DNA of 63,722 nucleotides, counting the filler, from Collodictyon triciliatum (Eukaryota), in the NCBI GenBank assembly GCA_043381765.1. It is 40 parts of 40 records of this genome, joined end to end, with 100 filler letters (N's around TTAATTAATTAA, not from the genome) between each part and the next. Parts side by side here need not be neighbours in the genome. Positions count along the whole stretch, not along the records: positions 38,359 to 39,852 come from JBHJMP010010932.1; positions 39,953 to 41,445 come from JBHJMP010010933.1; positions 41,546 to 43,038 come from JBHJMP010010934.1; positions 43,139 to 44,631 come from JBHJMP010010935.1; positions 44,732 to 46,222 come from JBHJMP010010936.1; positions 46,323 to 47,813 come from JBHJMP010010937.1; positions 47,914 to 49,426 come from JBHJMP010010938.1; positions 49,527 to 51,017 come from JBHJMP010010939.1; 32 more parts are not named here. The stretch is one strand, 5' to 3'. A model generated the notes under the pieces. The model was not told where the DNA came from. It did no database searches and saw only the letters and a program-made list of their open reading frames with translations. This document shows positions 39,040-51,250 of this stretch, piece by piece. Position numbers and translations under genes: made by a program. Every line of letters begins with the position of its first letter. The stretch's first letter is position 1.

Positions 39040-39123
39040 ATGCTTCTGAACCGCACTTGGCTTTGTTTTCTCTCAATAAACTGTTGAAAAGAAACCAAAA
39101 AATGCTTCTGAACCACACTTGGC
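39040..39123 (+). mobile_element. 40-nt retroposed polyadenylated fragment between 22-bp direct repeats
   Basis: atgcttctgaaccgcacttggc [tttgttttctctcAATAAActgttgaaaagaaaccaaaaa] atgcttctgaaccacacttggc. Confidence 0.6.
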
Positions 39124-40599
39124 ATCCCTAACACACCACTCATTATATCTTGTATAATGCCAGAGAAAAGATTTGGAGTCGCGTTTTATACTCAGAAGAG
39201 GGTTCCCGTGAGTTAAATAGAGTTTGCATCCCATGAAACCACATTATAGCCGAGAAAGTGGTTAAATTTAATGTGATTTTTTTGGATTAATATATGCGCT
39301 CCATAAACCAGAGATTATATTACTTAAATTATATGAAGATAGCAAAGGTATGAATAGGACTCTGAAATAATAATTATATTTGTGCATATTACATCCACTT
39401 TGTAGCCTAATTTTTCTTTGGTGATAAAATACTCGAAAATTAAGCATGCATTTTGTTAGATTTATTGTGCGACTGTATTATGCTGTTTTGGTTCTGAAGA
39501 CGTATATATACCAAGTTCATGAATTTTCCAATTATATGTGTTCCTTTTTCACTAATGTTTGTGCATCTCACACCTTTCAATTATCATATTTCAAGTAGCC
39601 TTTCATCATATATTGAACATCATATACCATTTTTTTTCCATTTATTTTTGAAGCTGGAGTGTTTCAGTTTTAAAGATTGAAAGATTGGTCTTATGTTTTA
39701 TATCAGTCAATAGATCGAAAAATCAATTGTTTAATCAAAAAAACTTATATTTTTCATACGTTGCAGTATGCGATTGCTTTGTATTTATTTTTGTCTGAAT
39801 CCTCTGAATATGTTTTGAATATATGACTGGAGCTATCTTATTTAATATTAATNNNNNNNNNNNNNNNNNNNNNNNNNNNNNNNNNNNNNNNNNNNNTTAA
39901 TTAATTAANNNNNNNNNNNNNNNNNNNNNNNNNNNNNNNNNNNNNNNNNNNNTGGAAATCAGGAGATGGCAAAAACTTTACACAGCATATAACTGCCATT
40001 CCTAATCTTCACCAAGAAACCTCCCGCCCGCGCCTGTTACGCAGCCGTCGGTCTTCTTCGTGATGCCCATTTTGATATGGAATGCATCGCTGTCCTCAAT
40101 CCGAAGTAAACACGATTGCATCGACCAATATGAGAGCTAGCAAACACTCATTCAAAAACCAGAATTAAAAAAAAATAGAAAAATGGAAGATTTAGTGGCG
40201 TTGCAGATGCACTTTCTCCCTTATCTAACGAATCTCAGTCCACCACATAAGCTGTATTTCCACGAATCTTCAGTCTTTCCAGATCAAACGGATTTCTTCG
40301 ATCAAGCAGAATCACAAACAATCAAACAGGGAATCGCAGCAACTCACAAAGCAGGAAAGCCAGAGATGAAGCAGACTGAAACGCTGCGTATATGTTTTCA
40401 AAGCAAGCGTGTTGTGAAGAGCCTTAAATAACAGCAGCATAAATACTCACTTTGCTGCGCAGTGAAATACGCTGGAGAAGAAACTGATGTCGACTGCGTG
40501 TCCAACCTCGGGCTTTCCCAGCAACTGTTCGAGCCGATCGCCGGCAGCACACCGTGTCCTTTGAGGGATCTCGTCGAAATCATGGAAAAAAGTAAGAAC

Positions 40600-41069
40600 T
40601 GAATATTTCCTTTTCATTTTCCCTCTTTTCTTTATTTGTTTCCTTTCTTCTTTGGTTTTATATTTTCCTTTTTCTTTTCGTTTTCGTTTTCCTTTTTCGT
40701 TTTTGTTTTCGTTTTCCGTTTTCCGTTTTCCTTTTCCTTTTCCTTTTCCTTTTCCTTTTCCTTTTCCTTTTCCTTTTCCTTTTCCTTTTCGTTTTTTGTT
40801 TTCCTTTTTCGTTTTCGTTTTCGTTTTCATTTTACTTTATTCGTTTTTCGTTTTTCGTTTTTCGTTTTTCCATTTCCTTTTTCTTTTCCTTTTCTTTTCC
40901 TTTTCTTTTCCTTTTCTTTTCCCTTTTCCTTTTCTTTTCTTTTTCATTTTGCTTTTTTTCATTTTCATCTTCATTTTCCTTTTCCTTTTCGTTTTCCTTT
41001 TGGTTTGTTTGGTTTTTCTTTTTTCCTTTTTTCTATTTCGTTTTCGTTTTCGTTTTCGTTTCCCTTTTT

Positions 41070-41122
<53 letters not shown>

Positions 41123-41195
41123 CTTTCCCTTTTTTTTCGTTTTGGTTTTCCTTTCCCTTTTTTTTTTCGTTTTGGTTTTCGTTTCCCTTTTTTTT

Positions 41196-41288
<93 letters not shown>

Positions 41289-41324
41289 CGTTTTTGTTTT
41301 CGTTTCCCTTTTTTTTTCGTTTTT

Positions 41325-41364
<40 letters not shown>

Positions 41365-41372
41365 CCCTTTTT

Positions 41373-41438
<66 letters not shown>

Positions 41439-41445
41439 TTTTTTT
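40600..41445 (+). repeat. Compound (TTTTCG)n/(TTTTCC)n/poly-T tract
   Basis: About 850 nt of simple repeats. Confidence 0.95.
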
Positions 41446-41586
41446 NNNNNNNNNNNNNNNNNNNNNNNNNNNNNNNNNNNNNNNNNNNNTTAATTAATTA
41501 ANNNNNNNNNNNNNNNNNNNNNNNNNNNNNNNNNNNNNNNNNNNNTTTCAACGATTTCATTATGAATTTTTTTTTGAACACATCAG

Positions 41587-42191
41587 GGATGCCTGCACGG
41601 CTCTACGATAGTCATGGATCCGAACGCGATGGAGGAGCATAATAAATCAGCTCAGCTCACCCTCGCATTGATGCCATCTCTCCACGAGGTTCTATTTTAT
41701 CTATTTTTCACCATTATTTTCGTGATTGGAGCACAAAAAATGCAGCGAATGTTATCTTTGCAGCATCTCAATTTTGATAAATATTTACATTTGGTCACCA
41801 AATAGGTTACTGCGCTCGTTCAGAACGGGGTTCTCGGGACCCAGCAAATATCAGAGGTAGATGCTGTGAATTTGCTCAGTTTTTGCTGATATCTTCAACC
41901 GTCTTCCATAATATGTTCCGCTGCAAAAGACCGAGTTCGAAAATATGATATGAAAGTTTTGAAGTTTTCCAATTACTCCCTGTTGTGCAAAGAAGATAAA
42001 AAGAAGAAAAGTATATATGTTTTTCTTCATCGACTGAAAACAAATTCTAAATCCATCCATCAATATAGGCTATGGACCTCTGTATGGACGGCTGCTCAAA
42101 GATATTTGCCTTGCAGAGGCAATGCCTTGTGGAAAAGGCTGGGCGTATATTGTCTCAAAAACGACCCCTGGAGCACTCACCCAGCCAATAA
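41587..42191 (+). CDS. Exosome RNase PH-like subunit, most like MTR3/EXOSC6, 3' exons
   Basis: IVMDPNAMEE..LTLALMPSLHE|VTALVQNG..ISE|AMDLCMDGCSKIFALQRQCL. Confidence 0.75.
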
Positions 42192-44735
42192 ATATGCCAG
42201 AGGCAACCAGCTTCTATAAGGCCGAATAGAGGACTGCTTGGCCATGGGATATTCTGGAGACTTTATTACGAATTGCCGCTGTTTTATTCTCAATCCCTGT
42301 GTGTCATGATTTCTTTTTTCTTTTTCTTTTTTATCTTTTCCTATGGCTCATTTTTGTCGGAAAAAGTGCTTGCAATATTCAATAGGAAATTGAAGTCGAT
42401 CATGTGTATCAATGAATCGCATCATGCCAACCGAGGCCATACTGCTCACTCCCTACTCTCACAGAAGTATACAAGAAGAAGTCGTCCATCTTCTAATCAC
42501 TTGTCTTTTTATTTTGCAAAGGATAATAACCGCAGCTCTTGATTTTGTATCGCAAGTGCTTATTTAGGATTATTACACACAATCTCACCTTTCTCACCAG
42601 AAGTATCCCATGTGGAGTTTTCAGGACTTCCGGGCAACCCGTCCCTAATATTTGGGTGGCTGTATCCATGGTATGGATTTTTTGATCTTTCTAATTGTAT
42701 TTGGAGCAACTTTTGGATTCCCGTGGTTTTGGATGAAGTAAAACTTGAGGACTATGGCCATATTATCTTATTCAAACCCGCTCGTATGCTGCATCTTGTT
42801 CACATCTCTATTCGTTCATGGTATTACCCCTGATAAAAAGTACCATTTTCTACTCCCGTTCTCCATGAGCTGCAGAGCTCTTATTGGTCGTTTTGGGAGT
42901 TCGAAACAATATCTGCACCAGCCGCAAAATGAACTTATTTATTATATCAGGTAAGAATGTATACCAAACGATTGTGTTGTATATATTAATATTAAACTGT
43001 GAGAGACGCATGGGTTATTGCACTGGTTTCGTTGCTTCNNNNNNNNNNNNNNNNNNNNNNNNNNNNNNNNNNNNNNNNNNNNTTAATTAATTAANNNNNN
43101 NNNNNNNNNNNNNNNNNNNNNNNNNNNNNNNNNNNNNNCATTTACTGATGTTCGCAATATTGCCACCTTGCTTGAGTGTGTATTTCTGTTTCTTAAAAAC
43201 AAAGAATCTGAAACTGTTCCTTTCAATGCCTTTCTTATTCGAACATTTGTTTTGATAGAACTATTCTTTATATTATTCTTGTTTGATACCACCATAAATA
43301 CTTTTCTTGACCAGTTTTACTTCTCTTTGTGTTTATGCAAATCCAGTAAGTTTAAGTCAAGTTTAAATTATTCATATTTTTATTATTATTTGTGCAATAT
43401 GATTTTACATATTTTTTTGTTTGTTTTCGCTTCAGTAGCTAACAAGTATGCGAATATATGGAAGAGCCGCACGTGGAGTCGCATCACTCACAAATGTGCT
43501 AGTGATGTGAATAAATAGAAGCCTTACAAACAGAATAAGGACAGTGTCATGCGAAATTACTTCACATTCTCTACTGCAACAACAGCTAGAAATATCGCCT
43601 ATGCTTACACGCTCTGAAGCTTTATGAACACGTTTGCAAAAAATCTTTAAATACATAGATATAATAACAACTTAATATTTTACAAAAATATTACATTAAT
43701 AGTTGAAAAACACTGCCGGTGCCTTACACGCTCAAAGAAAGTAGTAAAGTTGAACAGGCCACGCAAAGCCTGCATCTTGAAAATATTACAATAACATATA
43801 TTTCATAAAAAAGAATTATAATATAACTATCATATTGAGAGCAAGTGACACACGCAAGAGTTGAATACTGCCCACACAGGTTGTGTAAAATATGATTTCT
43901 TAAATATAATTTAATAATAAAAAATAGCAAAATCTTCCAGGAACACAATATATGCAAACAAAATCAACATACCTTACAATATTTTTGCATAGGATGAAAA
44001 ATATGTCTTTTCCTCATGAAACACAGAACAGTGCACTGCAAATTAATATACTTTTAATAATTTTATATCCTTCGTTCAATTCAAAGCAAGGGTTTTTTTT
44101 TTGCATTTTTCTACAATCCGCCGTTGTTGTATGCATCTTGTTTGAACGCGATGAACACATCAAATTTGGGTCAAGGTCAGCTTGGTACGGGAGCTGGATT
44201 CTTGCTTCATCACTATGCATCCGAGAGTGTTTAGAAATATTACAACTCTAAACGGCTGCAACTACCAAGGCCCTGACACGGATTCGATCCGAGGCCAAAC
44301 TTTCCCCCGAAGCATCCTATTGTCTTATTTATTGATTCAAGATATATCGTAGCACACCGGAGATAATCTGAAGCGCAGATATTTCAATGATGTGTCATTT
44401 TTTTTGGAGTGAAAGATAAATACATAGATTTTCTTAACCAAGTGAATTACGTTCCCGTTTGAAACTGCGAATGCTATTTTTTAGACTATTTCATGAGCAT
44501 GCATAGAGCTTCATCGGTGATGCAAGTTAAGTGCATGTCACAGACTAGCTCGTCTTTTGGCTTTTCGAGTGGGTCAAAGGCACAGTGCTTCAAGGATTCC
44601 AGATGTTGAGTTATATGATTTAATATTAACCNNNNNNNNNNNNNNNNNNNNNNNNNNNNNNNNNNNNNNNNNNNNTTAATTAATTAANNNNNNNNNNNNN
44701 NNNNNNNNNNNNNNNNNNNNNNNNNNNNNNNAATA

Positions 44736-44793
44736 TAATCGAAAGACTTGATTTTTTTCCTTTATTCGATTCAAAGTAATCGAAAGACTTGAT
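44736..44793 (-). mobile_element. Ultrashort LINE 3'-tail insertion (24 nt) with perfect 17-bp TSD
   Basis: taatcgaaagacttgat [ttttttcctttattcgattcaaag] taatcgaaagacttgat. Confidence 0.88.
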
Positions 44794-45032
44794 AAAACAC
44801 AAAATGTCATATTTTATTATTCAAATGATTGAATTCATAAAAATTGAAGTAAGATGAAGAGAACCGATGAATAAATGTATTAATAATTAATTTTCATAAA
44901 TAAGAGCATGTATGAATAAAGAAGAATTAACTGCATAAATTTTTTTGTCATCATCAAAATCTACGTATTAGAATTAACCTGCACACCGAGAATAATGATA
45001 TTGGTAATTAATTCATAACAGATACAATTAAC

Positions 45033-45405
45033 GAGCATTCTCTCTCTCTAATGATTCACCCGAACGAGAAATCAATGTATCGAGGCTTGAGAGCCTTGTG
45101 CAATACAGCTTCTTGAACAGCCTGCTGAAACACGCTCGCATTCTTCGCTACTCTGCGCAAGCGAAGAGAGATGTGGGAATGTGTCGTGCGATATCACCCA
45201 CATCAAATCCAACCATTGCTACACACGCAACCAATCAACCAGTTAGGAAGCCCACCTGACCAACTCGCTATCACTGATTTCTTTCCAGTGCTACCCTCTC
45301 CACGGTTTTGTATTCCCTCTCGCGTTTGCTCTCTCCCATGCGCTCCCATCCCGCCCCTTTGTATGGCATAACCTCGCTTCACTTTGAATCGAAAAAAGGA
45401 AAAAA
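45033..45405 (+). mobile_element. 5'-truncated LINE copy: ORF2 end, 3' UTR and short A tail
   Basis: Aligns by eye with 50640-50765 and 63334-63610; ends cactttgaatcgaaaaaaggaaaaaa. Confidence 0.9.
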
Positions 45406-45760
45406 TGAAGATGACAATTAAAATGACAATTAAAATGACAATGACAATGAAAATCAAAATCGAAGTCAAAGTCAAAATCAAAATCAAAATCAAAATCAAA
45501 ATCAAAATCAAAATCAAAATCAAAATCATAATCAAAATCAAAATCAAAATCAAAATCAAAATCAAAATCAAAATCAAAACCAAAATCAAAATCAAAATCA
45601 AAATCAAAATCAAAATCAAAATCAAAACCAAAATCAAAATCAAAATCAAAATCAGAATCAAAATCAAAATCAAAATCAAGATCAAAATCAAAATCAAAAT
45701 CAAAATCAAAATCAAAATCAAAATCAAGATCAAAATCAAAATCAAAATCAAAATCAAATA
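45406..45760 (+). repeat. (AAAATC)n array with a degenerate AATGAC lead-in, directly after the LINE tail
   Basis: About 50 hexamers read directly. Confidence 0.95.
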
Positions 45761-46322
45761 AAAAATGATATGAAATAGAATTAAAAAAATATTTTTACAC
45801 TTTTATCAAAATATACGTAAAGTACATATATATGCGTAATTTGGAATATAATTAAAAACTGAACGGAACTATTTAAGGAAAGGAAAATTTGAAAAACGGA
45901 GATTGTAATTTTAATTACGAATTCGATGACATATATCCCAAAGCCAACATCTTCACCATCCTGCACAAAATTGAAAGGAATATTAAAAAAGAATCCGATG
46001 ACATAAAAAAATTCCTTACCGAATATAAAAATAATTACATATAGAATTCAAAATATGTTGATTATAAAATTTCGTTATTAAATGTAATCTAATAAAGTCT
46101 TTTTTAAATTTTATTGAATTAATAATATAAGCGTTTTGACAAAATTTATTATTTGAAACTGTATAAAAATAAGATTAATTATTACTTAATTATGAATTTG
46201 AAAAATAAATTACTAGGATTTTNNNNNNNNNNNNNNNNNNNNNNNNNNNNNNNNNNNNNNNNNNNNTTAATTAATTAANNNNNNNNNNNNNNNNNNNNNN
46301 NNNNNNNNNNNNNNNNNNNNNN

Positions 46323-46386
<64 letters not shown>

Positions 46387-46485
46387 TTATTTTATTTTAT
46401 TTATATTTAATTTTACAGGCGTAGCCTCTCCCTTTTCCCGTATTTTTAGCTTCGCAAACAATTTAATTCTCTTTATTTTGTCTAG

Positions 46486-47562
46486 AACAAACAAGTACAC
46501 ACTTCAGGCCAATCTCCCTGTGTTTGACCAGGAACCTATCATTTTGGAGCTGTTAGAGTTCCTCGTTGATCAAGGTATGGTTTAAAAAGACCAAAAGGAA
46601 AAACTAATTGGCTCTAACACCGCCATATCACGCATTATGAAATCGCTGGTGTTGTTTTTTTGGATGATATTTTTGTATTCATTTGTGTTTGTCGCTTTGC
46701 TTTTTGTGTTTCTGTGTTTGTTTTTCTTTTCTTTCTTTCTTTTTTCTTTTTTGATATTGCTATGCCAACAGGTGACGTTCAAAACTGCGTTGCAATTGCA
46801 TTGGTACTGGACAAACGAATCAATATCAGTAGCAGAAGGGTAGAGTTGTGGGTGCTTGAATATATTGGTAATCTTTTCTTGTCAAAGCACAGAAGGACGA
46901 GGTCTTTTCTATCGACCGCCTAAAATGATAAAATAATCTAAGAGCAGTGAATCGTTATTAGAAAAGTAATTGTATAGGCACAAAGTAGCAAAACAAACAA
47001 AGATATTATCATGATTTTTGGGTAATTATTAAGCAATATAAATTAATAAATGCACTTGTAATACAACAGAGCTGCTGCAGCGCTTTGAATTATGGACACT
47101 TGCCGGAGAAGTCATTCGCACATCGCAGTTCAAGATGGTTCAGGCGCTGAGTATGACTTCAACCACCATCCACACGAGCTGTGGCCAGTGCCAGAAGCCC
47201 CTCCTAAAGTCTGGCTGGTTCTGCGAGCGATGCAGCGCCTTAACGAACACATGCTCAGTCTGGTGGGTTGCGGAACCTGCATTTTCAATCATTTCTATGT
47301 TTTATTATAGTTGTGTTTACGTAGTGCTTTCGTATACTGATTGATACTTGATTCACATGTGTATTGGTCGTATGGAATCTGATTGAACTACGTCCACAAA
47401 TCCAGCCATCAGATTGCGAAGGGGCTCTATTCCTGGTGTCAAGGGTGTGGACATGGAGGTCATACAGTTCATTTGCAGGAATGGTTTTCAAGGTACGCGG
47501 TTTGCCCTGCGGTCGGATGTGGGCACGTCTGTAATCTTCGGGTGAATGGTCTTTCCGATTGA
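46486..47562 (+). CDS. WDR24: GATOR2 subunit WDR24/SEA2, C-terminal zinc-finger region
   Basis: [77 protein letters not shown]. Confidence 0.9.
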
Positions 47563-47913
47563 TAGTCGCAAGCATGAGAGGAATGCATATTAAGTGACAA
47601 CAGCTTTTGGCTTTTCTATTCTTGATATTGTTTTCTTTTCTCTCTTCTTTTCTCTCTTCTTTTCTCTCTTCTTTTCTCTCTTCTTTTCTCTCTTCTTTTC
47701 TCTCTTCTTTTCTCTCTTCTTTTCTCTCTTCTTTTCTCTCTTCTTTTCTCTCTTCTTTTCTCTCTTCTTTTCTCTCTTCTTTTCTCTCTTCTTTTCTCTC
47801 TTCTTTTCTCTCTNNNNNNNNNNNNNNNNNNNNNNNNNNNNNNNNNNNNNNNNNNNNTTAATTAATTAANNNNNNNNNNNNNNNNNNNNNNNNNNNNNNN
47901 NNNNNNNNNNNNN

Positions 47914-48003
<90 letters not shown>

Positions 48004-48208
48004 AAAACAAAAGAAAAATAAAAACAAAAAACAAAAAACAAAAAACAAAAAGAAAAAAGAAAAAAGAAAGATATATTTCTCTTAGCATGAGTGAATTGGA
48101 CATGTATTGAATGAAAGAATTAAAAAATTATCTGTGGAGATTCCTTTCATAGATTCAGGGATACGATTTGTGCAGTAAATAGCGATGGCTGATATCTTAA
48201 ACTGACTC

Positions 48209-49257
48209 TCTTTCTTGCTTATCCATATTTCTTGCTGCAAGGAGCGTTACAAAGAAACCCATGACCAATATCACTAGAACGCGATAAACACTTCCCCAAT
48301 CGCATATTTCTCCGGTGGTGGTACTGACGAAGATGGTTGAGTAAAAGACAACAACCCAAGATGTCCAATAATCGCCTTTGCAGACAAGATTATACAACTA
48401 ACGGCATTTAATTTCATTTAATTAAGGCAAGAAAAGGGTATGTATAATATTTTATAAATAGACATTATTGAATTAATTCATTGGGGTTTATATTGTATGA
48501 CATACTAATCCCAGAAAAATATCAATGAAACGTGGGACGTGGCGATATCCATTCAACCGCCTAGAAATTATTGTTGTTTCATAAAATAAAAATCCAAATG
48601 CATGAATCCATCGAAAGTGCCTACGTTTTGGTTCGAAAAGTAAAAATTAACCCGAATGATATCCAACCGAAGAGTCGAGAAAGGATATTTAAATGTGATA
48701 AATGCCTTTTTTTTTATTTATTTTTTATTTATACAATCCGATGGCCAGGGACCCAAAGCCAAAACCTCCACCATTTCCCACAAATTGAAAGAAAGAATAA
48801 AACCTTTTTCCCGTAACGAAAAGAAAACTTCACACAATGAGTATAATCAACCAAGGAAAGAGACAAAGGACACTTACCTGAGAAAAAATGTATGTCTGTA
48901 ATGAAGGAACAGTAGGATTGCTGTATACAAGGTACACAGAAAAGCAGCCAGCGAGGCCAAATTCCCATATAATCTAATTTATATAATTTTTTCATTGACT
49001 TATCCTGTAGCCGTGGATAGGAAAACAAAATATCGCTGGGATAATAATAAGATCAGGTTGATACACACTTAAGTGGTGATGTTATATGAAAAAGCTGAAG
49101 AAAATGAAGAAAATGAAGAACCTACTTATTTGAAATGGAGACCACAGATTCAATTAAAGAATATACCAAAATGATGGCATGTATAATATTAAATCTTCTT
49201 TTCTGAGACAAAACTCTATGCTCCATGAATTCACGCTCTAATTCATCGTCCACAAAT
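48209..49257 (-). CDS. Multi-pass membrane protein resembling a transmembrane block of a class III nucleotidyl cyclase
   Basis: FVDDELEREF motif, several hydrophobic exons, ending ..AARNMDKQER; no catalytic domain on the contig. Confidence 0.45.
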
Positions 49258-49526
49258 CTAATTTTACAGGTTTAATATGATCTGGATGCTGCTGGAAAGG
49301 AATAAAAAAGAGAATAAAAAAGAGAATAAAAAAGAGAATAAAAAAGAGAATAAAAAAGAGAATAAAAAAGAGAATAAAAAAGAGAATAAAAAAGAGAATA
49401 AAAAAGAGAATAAAAAAGAGAAAAAANNNNNNNNNNNNNNNNNNNNNNNNNNNNNNNNNNNNNNNNNNNNTTAATTAATTAANNNNNNNNNNNNNNNNNN
49501 NNNNNNNNNNNNNNNNNNNNNNNNNN

Positions 49527-49785
49527 TTCGCTGTCCGGTAAGCGCAATTGGATGGACTCTTCCCAAAGTTTGTTCGCTTTCAAGAAGGAGGCGAGCGCAT
49601 CTGTGAGTCTGCGGGCCTTGTTCTTGTTGTAAACGACTTGCTAGACTCCGTGCAAAAATACTGTCCGATCAGACAGACTTGCAGGCGGCTTCCTTGCACG
49701 GGTCTTCCTGGACTTACGTGCAACTCGGGGGGTTTCCGCACCAACGTTGGAACCAGAAGAACTGGCTGCAACTTGCAAAGCCTTC
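49527..49785 (-). mobile_element. LINE ORF1 N-terminal fragment, inverted relative to the adjoining ORF2
   Basis: Colinear homologue of about 27416-27674; carries an in-frame stop. Confidence 0.75.
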
Positions 49786-50768
49786 GACGGCTGCCGCTTG
49801 TGTTTTCCATCGGTCGCAGGCAAGACTCTGAAAACTGAGAAATGTGCGATTCTACCCAAACTACATGCTGCTACGGGCCAACTTTGCTGGGATAGAGCAA
49901 AAGGCTTCTGTATCATCAAGTCGAGAGAAGGAAACAGTTCCTTCATCCTGCAACAAGTCACATTCCAAAAGGATGGGAGCTTCGCACCGTCGAAAAATGC
50001 AACGATATTTCACTCCTCGAATGCAATAGCCGACCACAGCCGTCCTGAACAACAAAGGAAAATGGCGCTCACGACGTCCCATCTCATACGGAGCGCCGTC
50101 TCCATTTTTCTTTCGCCTGAAGAACAAAAAGGCGGTCCATTACGCCTGATTCTCCGCAATTCTCGATGGCCATGGCATATTCCAAGCTGTTTCGATATAA
50201 AACCATCAGTCCGAATCCCTACAAACCGGAGAAGATGAGTCGTTGGGCTGAAACTATAGGCATTATAGACCCGCCGATAGTCAAAAGCTGGAAGCAAGCC
50301 CGTATATCTCAGTTACTCCCGAAACACCGCGCCCTACTTTTCAATATCTCCAACAGAGAGCTGTGGATAGGTGCGTGTGTAGTCCATGCAGCAACGACCT
50401 CTCCAGAATGCACCATGTGCCATAGTGGAGATGACTCTATCAAACACACATTTGTGAAGTACTCCCTTGCTCAAAAAGTGACAAAATCTACCCACAAGAT
50501 GCTCTCTGAGGTTGATAATGCTCCCAACCAACTCAGCGCGTCTGACATCATGTTTGGCGCACAATACCAAATGACCCACGACTCTAGAATACTCTGGACT
50601 GTCACAAGGGGACATATGCTGTGGTCCTTATGGATTGTGCGTGAATTCTCTCGCTCTAATGATTAGACAGAACAAGAAATCAATGTATCGAGGCTGGAAA
50701 GCCTCGTGCAACACAGCTTCCTGAACAGCCTACTGAAACACGCCCGCATTCTTCGCTACTCTGACTGC
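49786..50768 (+). mobile_element. Degenerate LINE ORF2 C-terminal part (end of RT, CCHC/zf-RVT-like region)
   Basis: FPSVAGKTLKTEKCAIL (RT end); W..LLPKHRALLF..L..CTMCHSGDDSIKHTF..LWSLWIVR matches the L1-clade C-terminus; frameshifts and stops present. Confidence 0.88.
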
Positions 50769-51250
50769 AAGCAATGTGTGTAAATAATCATATATTATTA
50801 TATTATTGCAAGCACAAAATGCATTAAAGCAGAGCTGTACAGGCAGATTAATGTAAAATCCAGAAATGGAATGAATACACGAATGCATTGTGTTTTTTTT
50901 CTTCAGACCTTCTCGATGATCTTTCTCCAATCGCAAGTCTGTCGCAAAAAACAAAAAAAAACAAAAAAAAACAAAAACAAAAAACAAAAAACAAAAAACA
51001 AAAAACAAAAAACAAAANNNNNNNNNNNNNNNNNNNNNNNNNNNNNNNNNNNNNNNNNNNNTTAATTAATTAANNNNNNNNNNNNNNNNNNNNNNNNNNN
51101 NNNNNNNNNNNNNNNNNTGTTTGTTTGTTTGTTTGTTTGTTTGTTTGTTTGTTTGTTTGTTTGTTTGTTTGTTTGTTTGTTTGTTTGTTTGTTTGTTTGT
51201 TTGTTTGTTTGTTTGTTCGTTAATTAAATTGTTATTTGGCTGTGGGTAAC

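Noticed and set aside
44265-44315. GGATCGAATCC on the minus strand resembling a tRNA T-loop/B box
   Set aside because: No cloverleaf or A box could be built; I found no tRNA, rRNA or snRNA gene in the window.
43139-44631. Possible multi-exon genes here and at 4940-5440, 42250-43038, 56690-57330 and 61000-61920
   Set aside because: Exon-like segments exist but I could not build a consistent, recognisable reading frame.
45015-45425. TSD for the 45033-45405 LINE copy (agatacaattaa / agatgacaattaa)
   Set aside because: Needs an indel and merges into the downstream repeat; too weak to call.
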